Source: an uncultured Gammaproteobacteria bacterium (lineage in GTDB: Bacteria; Pseudomonadota; Gammaproteobacteria; SZUA-229). Taken from it: 64,000 bases of DNA. Under the pieces are notes generated by a model. The model was given only the letters and a program-made list of their open reading frames with translations, was not told the DNA's origin and did no database searches. The stretch is taken from assembly GCA_937998645.1 (NCBI GenBank), contig CALLCZ010000037.1:19287-83286 (forward strand), written 5' to 3'. Of this stretch, positions 42,562-52,364 are shown in pieces. Numbering within the stretch: the first letter of the stretch is position 1; every line of letters begins with the position of its first letter. Position numbers and translations under genes: made by a program.

Positions 42562-44100
42562 TTATGTTTCCAGACTTTGGTGTCTTGTTTGATCAGCTGC
42601 CAAATCAGGCTTATTCTGTGGTGGAGCATTTAACGCATCAATGCTGATTGGAAGCTGAATATGGATGGTAGAGCCCAGCTCAACATCGGATGTCACCGCC
42701 ATATTGCCCTGATGCTGCTCGGTCACAATGTAATACGAGAAAGAGAGGCGTTGACCGGCATCAAAACCCTCTGCTGCAGATTTGCCGGTAAAAAAAGGTT
42801 CAAACAGATTCATCTGCTCTTCAGCTGTCAGCCCAAGTCCGTTGTGCTGGATTTTTATCCATAGATTGTCATAGCTCTTGGACAGGTTGATTTTGATAGT
42901 AGGCACGAAACTCGCCGCCTCTTTTTTCTGCGCCAGTGCATGACAGGCATGACGAAACAGGCTGAGGAAAACCTGCTGTAGTTCCGTAATATAGCAGGGC
43001 ACCAGCGGCATGTTTTTTTCGAAATTCCGCTCAAGCTTTATCTGATTAAATGGCAGCTCATCCGAGATAGATACGACTTCATTGGCAAGGCTGATGGTAT
43101 TTTCCATCACATCAACGATATCAGCCATTTGCTTGTTACCGCTACGGCTTCGGGCAAAGGCCAGCAAATTACTGATAATGGTCGCTACCTGCTCGCTCTT
43201 GGCAGACATATCGTTGATTATGGTATTGAGCTTTTGTGACTGATCGCTCCCGGTGATCTGTTGCGGTTCACTCGTATCGCTGATAATTCGCTGAAACCGT
43301 CTTAAATCCATCATGATTGCCTGAAGTGGCATATTGATGTCGTGAGCCATGGTCGAGGCTACCTCACCCATAAATGACATTTTATCATTATGAATCAACA
43401 TTTTTTCTGCAGCAGCCTGCTTAGTGACGTCATCGACCAGGATAACAACCCCGGCCTGCTGCTCCTGTAACGGGTAAATAGTAATATCGTAGTGATAGAG
43501 GCTGCGCAGACTCTGCTTGAGATGAATAATTTCGTTTTTTTCGATCGATTGCTCAACATGCTCTGGAAGAACCGTCGTCTGCGGATAGGCATCCCATAGC
43601 GTTTTACCCAGCGCATCTTCTGATGATATCCCTGAAACCTCTTCAACCTGCTTATTCCACTGTGTCACGAAGCCGTTTTTATCCAGGCCCACCAGCATCA
43701 GCGGCATCGACGTTAAGATATCCTTGATATAAGACTCGGAAGAACGTAATTGATCGGCAGTAATCAGATGCTTCGAGACTTCTTCCTCCAGGCGCCGATT
43801 ACTCTCCAGCAGCAGTTTATTGGACTGATCAAGTGTAGCTGTGCGCTCCTGCACCCGCTCCTCGAGTTCATTTCGAATAGCGGTTAATTCACGGTTTGCA
43901 CGATAAGCTCTGCGACGGGCAATAAACAGATAGACGATCACAATCATTAACAGAAGCATCAAAATACCGCCGACAGTATTCGCCAGGTGCTGCCAGTTTC
44001 TTACGCCGTTTTCGTCTTTAAAAAGGTCATTGTCAAATGTGTATGCCAGGGCAGGGGAACTCAGCAGGGCCATAATCGCCAGTAATAATGTGTTTTTCAT
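42562..44100 (-). CDS. PAS-domain sensor histidine kinase (no cognate response regulator adjacent)
   Basis: Signal peptide/TM, coiled coil, PAS (LMLVGLDKNGFVTQWN), H-box MAHDINMPLQAI, HATPase. Start taken at MKNTLLL. Confidence 0.85.
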   Translation of the reverse strand: MKNTLLLAIMALLSSPALAYTFDNDLFKDENGVRNWQHLANTVGGILMLLLMIVIVYLFIARRRAYRANRELTAIRNELEERVQERTATLDQSNKLLLESNRRLEEEVSKHLITADQLRSSESYIKDILTSMPLMLVGLDKNGFVTQWNKQVEEVSGISSEDALGKTLWDAYPQTTVLPEHVEQSIEKNEIIHLKQSLRSLYHYDITIYPLQEQQAGVVILVDDVTKQAAAEKMLIHNDKMSFMGEVASTMAHDINMPLQAIMMDLRRFQRIISDTSEPQQITGSDQSQKLNTIINDMSAKSEQVATIISNLLAFARSRSGNKQMADIVDVMENTISLANEVVSISDELPFNQIKLERNFEKNMPLVPCYITELQQVFLSLFRHACHALAQKKEAASFVPTIKINLSKSYDNLWIKIQHNGLGLTAEEQMNLFEPFFTGKSAAEGFDAGQRLSFSYYIVTEQHQGNMAVTSDVELGSTIHIQLPISIDALNAPPQNKPDLAADQTRHQSLET

Positions 44101-44324
44101 AACAGAACACCCTAGAAAACGTTCTTTAACTTTACCACAACCCGCATCCTGTAAGGGTATGCGTGAAAATGGGGTGATTTCGATTCTCACGCTCCATTAG
44201 CAGGACAGAAATGGAGCCGTAAGCTTTTATTTCCTGTTCTAGGGTGCTGTCCCTTTTTATTTCCGAAGGGAAAACTATACTATGAATACCACTTATCCCC
44301 CCGCTAACGGATGCAAGACCAATA

Positions 44325-45554
44325 ATGCAGGACATACAGGATCAATCGATTAGCATCGTGCTGGCGGGCGGACACGGTTTACGCCTGCGGCCACTAACCA
44401 AGGAACGAGCCAAGCCGGCGGTGCCCTTTGGAGGCAAGTACCGTATCATTGATTTCACCCTGTCCAATTGCTTGCATTCGGGTCTGCGCCGCATCCTGGT
44501 GCTGACCCAGTACAAGTCCCAGTCTTTGCAGGAACATTTGCGTGATGGCTGGTCCATCTTCAATCCGGAACTCAATGAATATATCACCCAGGTCCCACCG
44601 CAGATGCGCACCGGCGACCAGTGGTATGCCGGCACCGCGGATGCTATTTACCAGAATCTGAATCTACTGGAGCAGAGCGGTGCAAAATATGTGCTGATTC
44701 TGTCGGGTGATCATATCTATCGCATGGATTACGCTACGATGCTGAATTTTCACGCGCAACACAATGCTGTCACCACAGTGGCCGCGATGGAAGTGGGGCT
44801 GGAGGAGGCACGCGGTTTCGGCGTGCTGGCAGTGGATCACGAACAAAAAATTGTTGCCTTTGAAGAAAAGCCTGCCGATCCCCGTGGCCTGCCGGATAAT
44901 CCGCAGTGCGCGCTGGCATCGATGGGGATCTATGTGTTCAATCTGGATGTGCTGCTCGAAGAGTTGCTTGTCGACCACAATGATCCCGCTTCCAGCCATG
45001 ACTTTGGTAACGATATCCTGCCACGCCTGATCAAGGAAAAGCCGGTGTTTGCCTTCCCTTTTGGCAGCCAGGGAGGTCGTGTCTCCCGGGACCGCTACTG
45101 GAAAGACGTCGGTACCCTCGATGCCTACTACGAGGCCAATATCGCCCTGCTGGATCCGGTGCCGTCGCTGAACCTGTACCAGCGTGACTGGCCCATCCGT
45201 ACCTATCTGCCGCAAAGCCCATCAGCCCGCACCGTCCCGGGTGAGGATGGCCATGATGGTGTGATCTACAACTCCAGCCTGGCCGGCGGTACCGTAATCA
45301 ACGGCGGCACGGTCGTGCACTCCATCCTGTCATCCTGGGTCAGGGTGGAACATGCAGCCCTGGTGGAAGACAGCATCGTGTTTAACTATGTCAGCGTAGG
45401 AGCGGGTGCGAAGTTAAGGCGCTGCATTATCGATAAACACGTCAATATACCCGCAGGTGAAACCATTGGCTACGATCTGGATCGTGACAGACAGCGCTTC
45501 ATGGTTACGGAGCAGGGCGTGGTGGTTGTTGGCAGGCATGACGGTTTTGATTAA
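44325..45554 (+). CDS. glgC: glucose-1-phosphate adenylyltransferase
   Basis: [33 protein letters not shown]. Confidence 0.95.
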   Translation: MQDIQDQSISIVLAGGHGLRLRPLTKERAKPAVPFGGKYRIIDFTLSNCLHSGLRRILVLTQYKSQSLQEHLRDGWSIFNPELNEYITQVPPQMRTGDQWYAGTADAIYQNLNLLEQSGAKYVLILSGDHIYRMDYATMLNFHAQHNAVTTVAAMEVGLEEARGFGVLAVDHEQKIVAFEEKPADPRGLPDNPQCALASMGIYVFNLDVLLEELLVDHNDPASSHDFGNDILPRLIKEKPVFAFPFGSQGGRVSRDRYWKDVGTLDAYYEANIALLDPVPSLNLYQRDWPIRTYLPQSPSARTVPGEDGHDGVIYNSSLAGGTVINGGTVVHSILSSWVRVEHAALVEDSIVFNYVSVGAGAKLRRCIIDKHVNIPAGETIGYDLDRDRQRFMVTEQGVVVVGRHDGFD

Positions 45555-45680
45555 GGAAGTCTGATTACTCCAGAGTTTCCGCAACATCTGTCTGTTTAAT
45601 CTGTTAGTGCTTGCATAAAACGATAATTTTGATAGTCTGGCGTTTATCGCCAACAACTAATAACAATAACAGGCGCTAAT

Positions 45681-46148
45681 ATGAACAACATCAGTCTTCT
45701 TATTCCAAAACGTCAGTATCCAACCTGGCTCAATGATATTGAAACAGTCGAAATCGATGCCGTCAGTCTGGTCGAGATCCCTCTACTCGGTACGATCACT
45801 GCAGGCAAGCCTATCGAGCGTGTCGAGGTCCATGACCGGATCAAGGTCCCTGCCAACATGGTTCGAAAAAACACCTATGCGCTGAAGGTGCAGGGCCATT
45901 CCATGATCGACGACAACATTCAGGACGGCGATATTATTATCGTGGAAAAACGCGAGTCCGCAGATAACGGGCAGTCCGTCGTTGCCTTGATCAACAATGA
46001 GCAGGTAACGTTGAAAAAATTCTATATCGAGCACGACGGCATTCGCCTGCAACCTGCCAATCCGGATATGGAGCCGATACGGTTAAAGAATGAAGAGGTT
46101 CATGTATTGGGCGTTGTGACAGGCGTAATTCGTGCTTTTGAAGCATAG
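45681..46148 (+). CDS. S24 LexA/UmuD-like self-cleaving peptidase lacking a DNA-binding domain
   Basis: GHSM Ser-nucleophile motif and KK dyad. No N-terminal HTH and no umuC neighbour. Confidence 0.75.
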   Translation: MNNISLLIPKRQYPTWLNDIETVEIDAVSLVEIPLLGTITAGKPIERVEVHDRIKVPANMVRKNTYALKVQGHSMIDDNIQDGDIIIVEKRESADNGQSVVALINNEQVTLKKFYIEHDGIRLQPANPDMEPIRLKNEEVHVLGVVTGVIRAFEA

Positions 46149-46473
46149 AGCTGTTCATTCCATACCATATTCCAATCCCGCAACCTGTCCTACAGCCGGG
46201 TCTGACCTGTCTGGCCTTATGAAACAAATGAAGAAAGTGCAAAATAACAGCAGCTAGAGCAGCTTTAAAGCATGGTTTCGCATTCTGAAAAGCAATGTCC
46301 AAGCAAAGACCGTTTATTAGACTCGCAATTTTTATATCAAAAATGATGTTACAAGAACGAATTGCACCTGTTTTTTCATAAGTATAATCTCATCTTAAAA
46401 TGGCTTGTGCTGGTTTGACCCGGTTATGGTCGTTATGAAAGAGAATTAATATCAAGGGTTCAGTTCATTTGAT

Positions 46474-46498
46474 GGGGTCAGAGTCACTCCTTTACCAT
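46474..46498. repeat. GGGGTCAGAGTCACTCCTTTACCAT dispersed-motif copy, 40 bp upstream of yjbQ
   Basis: Homologous to 48352-48379 and 3953-3974. Confidence 0.5.
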
Positions 46499-46537
46499 TT
46501 CACTCATAAAACATAAGAATTGTGAAGAGGTGTTATA

Positions 46538-46975
46538 TTGAAAATAATTTCATCGTATATTGATGTTGAAACCGGCGAAGGCATTGCCTTGCATGACCTG
46601 ATGCCAGGCATCAAGAATGCAGTGGCGAAGTCGGGGATTAAAAACGGCTTTGTTACAGTCACTTCACAACACACTACAACTGCGATTGTCATTAATGAGA
46701 ATGAAGAGCGCCTGGTGGAAGACGTCAAAACGTTTTTGAACCGCCTCATTCCACCCGGTGACAGATACTTGCATAACGATATCGCCTTGAGGGATTGCCC
46801 ACCTGATGAACCGGAAAATGCGCATTCGCACCTGGCCGCGATGTTACTTGGTAGTTCCGAAGTCATTGCGCTGGAAGAAGGGGAACTGGTGTCAGGCCAG
46901 TATCAGTCTGTCATGTTGTATGAACTCGACGGCCCTCGCAGCCGTAAAGTGAATGTGCAGGTTTACGGAGAATAA
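46538..46975 (+). CDS. YjbQ/UPF0047 family protein (secondary thiamine-phosphate synthase-like)
   Basis: Family pattern across 145 aa; TTG start as given in the track. Confidence 0.75.
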   Translation: MKIISSYIDVETGEGIALHDLMPGIKNAVAKSGIKNGFVTVTSQHTTTAIVINENEERLVEDVKTFLNRLIPPGDRYLHNDIALRDCPPDEPENAHSHLAAMLLGSSEVIALEEGELVSGQYQSVMLYELDGPRSRKVNVQVYGE

Positions 46976-47114
46976 ATACCATCCTCATGAATGAAACCAT
47001 CTATAAGCAATGTTTTATGGTAATAATAAATTATTCTGTATTTGCTTATAAGCATAAATCGACTTATTCTTCACTCAAAATAAATTACGTTTCGGTTAAA
47101 ACAGGAGGTGGATA

Positions 47115-48302
47115 GTGCCTTTGGTCAATATGCGTGACATGCTCCAGCATGCCTACCAGAATGGTTATGCCATAGGCGGTTTTGATCTGGTGAGTCTGGA
47201 CTTTCTTGAGGCAATTATTGCTGCAGGTGAAGCGCAACGTTCACCATTGATCTTATCGCTCGCCGAATCTCATTTTGAGTATTATGATTTTGAGCTGGCC
47301 ATGGCGGCTGCCGAGCAGGCTGCCAAACGATCGTCTATTCCTGTAGCCATTCACCTTGATCATGGTGCTTCTTTTGAATCCGCTGTCAAAGCCATTAACC
47401 TGGGTTGTAATGGTGTGATGGTGGATGCATCACACGAAGCCTTTGAAGGTAACGTGGCCATGACGAAAAATATTGTTGATATGTCCCATGCCTGTGGTGT
47501 GCCAGTAGAAGGTGAACTGGGTTACGTCGCCGGTGTGGAAGGTGAAGATGCTGAGAAGCACCCGGGTGAAGTGGTTTATACCTCAGTTGAAGAAGCGAAA
47601 GCTTATGTTGAACAAACCAACGTTGATCTGTTGGCGGTTTCAATTGGTACGGTGCACGGACGCATGAAAGGTGAGCCTGTACTGGATTTTGAACGTCTGC
47701 AGCAAATTAATCAGGCTCTAAATATTCCATTGGTGATTCATGGTGGTACCGGTCTATCTGATGAACAATTCAAACGTTTAATCGAAAACGGGGTGGCCAA
47801 GATCAATTACTATACGGCGCTGGCTGATGCTGCGGGGAAACGAATGCGTGACAACGTGGCAGCAGATAAACGATGCGGTTACACAGGTATAGTTAGTGGT
47901 ATACAGGATGCGATGCGTGCCGAGATAGAACGCTGCATGGTGAACTGGGGTTCTGCCGGACAGGCCGATGCTGTGTTGGCAGTATCTGAAGCCTGGCAGC
48001 CGATTCATCACGTTATTATATATAACGCTGATGTTGATGATACTGCTCAAGTTAGCAACATGATGCGTGAAGGTGAAAAAGTTTTAAGCCAGATTCCCGG
48101 CGTGCGTCGTGTGATTACCGGCAATGCTGTGCAGGAAGACGCCAAATACAAATTTAGCTGGCTGATTGAGTTTGTACATGAAAACGTGATTGATAGCTAT
48201 CGCGAGCATTCTGATCATGTTGCGTTTGCAGATAATCTGTTTAGACCTGTAGCAGGCGATCGAATCAGTATTGATTACATTGAAAACCATTACCCAGAGT
48301 AA
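47115..48302 (+). CDS. class II fructose/ketose-bisphosphate aldolase fused to a C-terminal Dabb (stress-responsive alpha/beta-barrel) domain
   Basis: Residues 1-285 carry HLDHG and the GELG zinc-aldolase motifs. Residues ~290-395 read HVIIYNADV...FSWLIEFVHENVIDSYREHSDHVAFADNLFRPVAGDRISIDY, a Dabb pattern. Confidence 0.8.
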   Translation: MPLVNMRDMLQHAYQNGYAIGGFDLVSLDFLEAIIAAGEAQRSPLILSLAESHFEYYDFELAMAAAEQAAKRSSIPVAIHLDHGASFESAVKAINLGCNGVMVDASHEAFEGNVAMTKNIVDMSHACGVPVEGELGYVAGVEGEDAEKHPGEVVYTSVEEAKAYVEQTNVDLLAVSIGTVHGRMKGEPVLDFERLQQINQALNIPLVIHGGTGLSDEQFKRLIENGVAKINYYTALADAAGKRMRDNVAADKRCGYTGIVSGIQDAMRAEIERCMVNWGSAGQADAVLAVSEAWQPIHHVIIYNADVDDTAQVSNMMREGEKVLSQIPGVRRVITGNAVQEDAKYKFSWLIEFVHENVIDSYREHSDHVAFADNLFRPVAGDRISIDYIENHYPE

Positions 48303-48351
48303 ACAGGACGGTCAGCCCCCTTTACCGGGCCTTAATTTTGAAAAGATTTAT

Positions 48352-48379
48352 GGGGTCTGAATCATCACACCTTTCATAG
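48352..48379. repeat. GGGGTCTGAATCATCACACCTTTCATAG dispersed-motif copy, 85 bp upstream of the FHA gene
   Basis: A further partial copy, ggtcagccccctttaccggg, lies at 48311-48331. Confidence 0.5.
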
Positions 48380-48464
48380 CCACACAACGGGGTCCGTGCA
48401 CTTGAAATTATCTGTCTCATGACCTACAACACCTGTATTAATGTGCATTTGTAGGGAATGAGTT

Positions 48465-48818
48465 TTGATTAAACTGAAACATATCGTTCATGGTGCCGTG
48501 GTTTCTGAAATTGAAATTTCCGAGGGAGATTTCACCATTGGCCGCAACCACGGTAATAATTTACAGTTAGATGAAGGCGGGGTGAGTGGTAACCATGCAG
48601 TGATTACACTTGTGGCCGACTCCTGTATCCCGGAAATGTTCGATATCACTATCAGGGACCTGGATAGTACCAATGGCACTTATGTGAATAGCCATGCTGT
48701 GAAAGAACAGAAACTTGAACATGGAGACTATATTCGATTTGGTACTTACGAATATAAGGTGTTTGATGACCAGGCTCATTATGGCACTCAAACTGAGTAT
48801 CATATATCCGGGGAATAG
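48465..48818 (+). CDS. FHA-domain protein (stand-alone, 117 aa)
   Basis: FTIGR...GVSGNHAVI...STNGTYVN; TTG start per the track. Confidence 0.75.
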   Translation: MIKLKHIVHGAVVSEIEISEGDFTIGRNHGNNLQLDEGGVSGNHAVITLVADSCIPEMFDITIRDLDSTNGTYVNSHAVKEQKLEHGDYIRFGTYEYKVFDDQAHYGTQTEYHISGE

Positions 48819-48924
48819 AATAAAGAGGAGCAGAACGGCATCAGGTCTTCATTGTGCGCAAAGATATGCATCCTGATGAAACAGGAAAGACCTGCCCTCA
48901 CCAGCCACTTAACAACCAGTGTGA

Positions 48925-50220
48925 TCAGTAGGTGGTGAAATCGTCGTAGCGGCGAGTACTGAACTTCTCTCCGAAAAGCACATAAACTTCGTCAACGGTG
49001 CGCGGCTCACAAGTCCTGGGGTGGAAGATGCTCTGGTTACTGCTTGCCGCCTCGGGAAACAGTTCCACGGCATGTTTGTCGGGACTCTGTTCCAGCGATC
49101 GTAAAAAAGTGATGGCTGCGTCGGTGCCGAGGAAGTGGGTCAGGTAGAGATCGGTCTGTGAGGGTTCACGGTCGAACGACTCAACCAGTTTTCGTTGACT
49201 TTCAAGCACCGTTTCCGCGGCCATCATAGCCGATATTCGGGGATTCTTGCGCAGTGCAAGCAGGTGCTCGTACGTCTCTTTGTCGCGCAGGAAGGGCCGC
49301 CTGTTACCAGTCCTCTGGTTCACGTAGTATTCGATCTTCGCGGCGTAGTCGGCGACAAGGCCATACTTGACACCGTGCGTCTTGAGGGTATTCAGCCAGG
49401 TGTCGTGGGTAAACTGGTACATGCCGGTCGCCGACGAGGTCGCCGACTCACTCTCGGGTTCGAAATTGCTTTCGGTGGCAGCCAGCTTCATCAGGTACGA
49501 GAAGTCCACGCCGGTACGCACACTGCTTAGACGGATGGCAGCTACGACACCATGATCAATTCCATACCTGGCAGCATCACTGCGGGCAAGGTTCGCATAG
49601 ATCTCCATGGTTGAAGCAAGCTCGGCATCCTGTAGCTGTTTGCCGCTATCCGGCAGATACAATGCGCGGAACTCTGCGATGGCCTGCCGGGTTTGAGCCC
49701 CTTTAAAACCATCTGCCTCACCCACGTCAAAACCAAGTGTCAGCAGGTTTTCCTGTTGCTCCTTCACCAGCGGGTCAAAGCCATAATAACGTTTCTTGCT
49801 TTCTGGCTGCGGCATCACCAGGGACGGCCCCCACTGGCGCTGACTCGCTGTCCTGGCTACAGAGGTCTTCGCTTTGCCCGAACGTGATGCCCGCTTCCTT
49901 TCGATAGCGGACTGCTGCTTGTCGTGCTCGATCTGCCCGGTCTCCAGCACGCCAGTCGCAGAGACCTCAAGCGGGTCGTTCTTTTTCACATTGCTCTGCG
50001 CGTCGTGGAAAACGCCGATGAACAAAAGGGATACGACAGTCAGAACGCTGACTGCGGCTACTGTTGCGCGGCTCCACGGGCCTGCCGAGCCTGCTTTTGT
50101 CAGTGATGACCTGAGGGCCTGGACCTCGTGTTGATAACGGTCACGCTCAGCTTCTGTTTCTGCAAGTCGCAGATTCAGCAGCTCAAAATCCAGCTTGATT
50201 TGTTCTATTTGGTCTTGCAT
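48925..50220 (-). CDS. membrane-anchored lytic transglycosylase-like protein with peptidoglycan-binding domain and N-terminal coiled coil
   Basis: PG-binding LLTLGFDVGEADGFKGAQTRQAIAEF; SLT-like ATESNFEPESESATSSATGMYQF. Confidence 0.7.
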   Translation of the reverse strand: MQDQIEQIKLDFELLNLRLAETEAERDRYQHEVQALRSSLTKAGSAGPWSRATVAAVSVLTVVSLLFIGVFHDAQSNVKKNDPLEVSATGVLETGQIEHDKQQSAIERKRASRSGKAKTSVARTASQRQWGPSLVMPQPESKKRYYGFDPLVKEQQENLLTLGFDVGEADGFKGAQTRQAIAEFRALYLPDSGKQLQDAELASTMEIYANLARSDAARYGIDHGVVAAIRLSSVRTGVDFSYLMKLAATESNFEPESESATSSATGMYQFTHDTWLNTLKTHGVKYGLVADYAAKIEYYVNQRTGNRRPFLRDKETYEHLLALRKNPRISAMMAAETVLESQRKLVESFDREPSQTDLYLTHFLGTDAAITFLRSLEQSPDKHAVELFPEAASSNQSIFHPRTCEPRTVDEVYVLFGEKFSTRRYDDFTTY

Positions 50221-50665
50221 AACGTCAAATTATTGCTCAATTCAAACAACGTCCATCCCTGATGGCGCTGTCATTTGCCGAACCCTTCGGGGTCATCGAC
50301 TGATTTGATTACTTAGCAGCCACTACAACGTGTGGCTTATATAAATATCATATGCAAATAATGTACTAACTTTTTACCGATTGAATAAATACAATAAGAT
50401 ATCTATTACTTTTAAATTAATTATTGAAGTAATACTGTAAGAAATTCCGTCAGGTTTATTGATTATTTTACAGTTCCGGGTAACCGATGATTGCTCGCAC
50501 GGCAGGGAATGTACGCAACAAGGCCTTAATTCCTTGAATGAAAGCAGATTAGAGGCAAAAAGGCGGGTTTGGCCAGATCGAAAAGGCTGCAGAGATTGAC
50601 TCTCGCAGAGGGCGCAAGGAAAGATGAATAGAAGATATTATCTTTTACAAAAAACACATCACAGC

Positions 50666-50708
50666 TCTGCGTTTTCCGCGCCTCAGCGAGAAGCCAGGAT
50701 GTTAAAAC
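50666..50708 (+). repeat. REP-like 42-bp element, copy 2
   Basis: ctctgcgttttccgcgcctcagcgagaagccaggatgttaaaa. Confidence 0.7.
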
Positions 50709-50752
50709 TCCAACGCAGGCAAATTTCACGGTGAGGCGAAAATCGACAACAA

Positions 50753-51110
50753 CTGTCAGATTTCGCATGATCTAAACCGGACGGGTTTAGTGGTTTGTAG
50801 TATTTTCTCTCGCAAAGGCGCCAAGATCGCCAAGAACTTCAATGTTTTTATGTGTTTAGCCCCAACGCTTTTGCGTACTTTGTGCCTCGGCGAGATCTAA
50901 TGATTGTTTCTCTCGCAGAGGCGCAGAGTCCGCAGAGAATTTCAATGTTTTGTTCTTAACCCAAACACCTTTGCGTGCTTTGTGCCTCGACGAGGTCTAA
51001 TGATTGTTTCTCTCGCAGAGGCGCAGAGTCCGCAGAGAATTTCAATGTTTTGTTCTTACCCCAAACACCTTTGCGTGCTTTGCGCCTTTGCGAGAGTAAA
51101 TATCAATGGA
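50753..51110. repeat. 358-bp repeat block containing ~3 tandem copies of a 100-bp unit (50803-51100); left copy of a direct-repeat pair
   Basis: The unit tgattgtttctctcgcagaggcgcagagtccgcagagaatttcaatgttttgttcttaacccaaacacctttgcgtgctttgtgcctcgacgaggtctaa recurs at exactly 100-bp phase (50901, 51001), with a diverged copy at 50803. The whole block is ~97% identical to 53257-53515. Confidence 0.85.
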
Positions 51111-51133
51111 TTTTTCTGTTCCCGGAATGCGGT

Positions 51134-51520
51134 TTAGATGTTTTCGATTACCGCTTTGAGTTTTTGCTGAACCTGTTGTGCAACAGGTGCCAGCTCAGCA
51201 TTTTCCACGGCACTCATTGAGGCAATGGGATCCACCGCAAAGACTTCTGTTTGTCCTGCTTTATTTTCCCTGACCACCACATTACAGGGAAGCATGGCTC
51301 CAATGTGTTCTTCTGCAAGCAGGGCCTGATGCGCAAACTGGGGATTACAGGCTCCCAGAATAATATACCTCGGGAAATCTACGTCAATTTTATTCTTTAG
51401 AGTAGCTTTAACGTCAATTTCGGTAAGAACCCCGAAACCCTCCTTTTTAAGCTCTTCAGTGGTTTTAACAATGGCGTCTTCGTAGTTTAAATCCGTAAGG
51501 GTGCTGAAATAGTAGGACAT
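51134..51520 (-). CDS. DUF302-domain protein
   Basis: MSYYFSTLTDLNYEDAIVKTTEELKKEGFGVLTEIDVKATLKNK... matches the DUF302 pattern. Start chosen at the Met with an AGGA RBS; the track ORF extends further upstream. Confidence 0.7.
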   Translation of the reverse strand: MSYYFSTLTDLNYEDAIVKTTEELKKEGFGVLTEIDVKATLKNKIDVDFPRYIILGACNPQFAHQALLAEEHIGAMLPCNVVVRENKAGQTEVFAVDPIASMSAVENAELAPVAQQVQQKLKAVIENI

Positions 51521-51681
51521 AAGATGTTCCTGGGTGACCAAAAAAAAGTTAACAGGAATCATGCATGAATTATTTGAAATCGTAAAGCTATATGCGTGAG
51601 AACATGGACATAAATAAACAGGGACAGTGAGCAATTGTTTATAATCCTGGAGAATAACACTCTCTAAACCTTATTACTGAT

Positions 51682-52197
51682 ATGCCAAGAGCAATCATCA
51701 TATGTGGAACACCTGGTTCAGGTAAGACTACACATGCAAAGCAATTAGCCGCTGACAGGAAAGCGTCCATACTGGACATCGACACAGTAACCGAACGACT
51801 GGTAAAGACAGGACTGGCAGAATCCGGACACAGTCCGGATGACCGGGATTCTGAGTATTTCAAGCGAACTTATCGCGAGCCCATCTACCAGGCGCTTTTT
51901 GATATAGCACGTGAAAATCTCCCTTATCATGATGTTGTGATAACCGGGCCTTTTACCAGTGAAATCCAGGATCCTGGCTGGCCTGCGAAGCTGGCCAGTG
52001 AATTATGCAGCCCGGTAGAAGTGCACTATGTACAATGCCCACCCGAAATTCGCAGACAACGGCTTGCCGATCGTGGTGATGCGCGCGATCGGGCAAAACT
52101 TGAGGACTGGGATCGATATATAGAATACTATGGCGAAGAACATCCGCCGGTGTTTGAGCATGTGCTTGTTGATGGTAGCGGTGAAGGAAAGAGTTGA
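51682..52197 (+). CDS. P-loop NTPase / small-molecule-kinase-like ATPase (AAA_33-like)
   Basis: Walker A IICGTPGSGKTT and DVVITGPF Walker-B-like motif; 171 aa. Confidence 0.7.
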   Translation: MPRAIIICGTPGSGKTTHAKQLAADRKASILDIDTVTERLVKTGLAESGHSPDDRDSEYFKRTYREPIYQALFDIARENLPYHDVVITGPFTSEIQDPGWPAKLASELCSPVEVHYVQCPPEIRRQRLADRGDARDRAKLEDWDRYIEYYGEEHPPVFEHVLVDGSGEGKS

Positions 52198-52364
52198 AAG
52201 GAACAGGGCCTTTCACATGATCTGATGCAGGTTCGCGGCTGAAGCCTGTGCTCAGCGAAGTCGAAGGGCCGCTTGTGATATAAAAATAAACAGATTTATT
52301 TCATTGAAACCCGGTTGATTGGTCTTTCTATAAACTGACCCCGGTTTTCTCAAGAGGTTGAACC

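Noticed and set aside
45555-45680. LexA box (CTGT-N8-ACAG) upstream of the S24 peptidase gene
   Set aside because: Only ctgtttaatctgttag was found, which lacks the ACAG half-site. No credible SOS box.
50803-51100. Possible CRISPR array
   Set aside because: Repeat period is 100 bp with near-identical full-length units and no unique spacers, and no cas genes are nearby. It is a tandem repeat, not a CRISPR.
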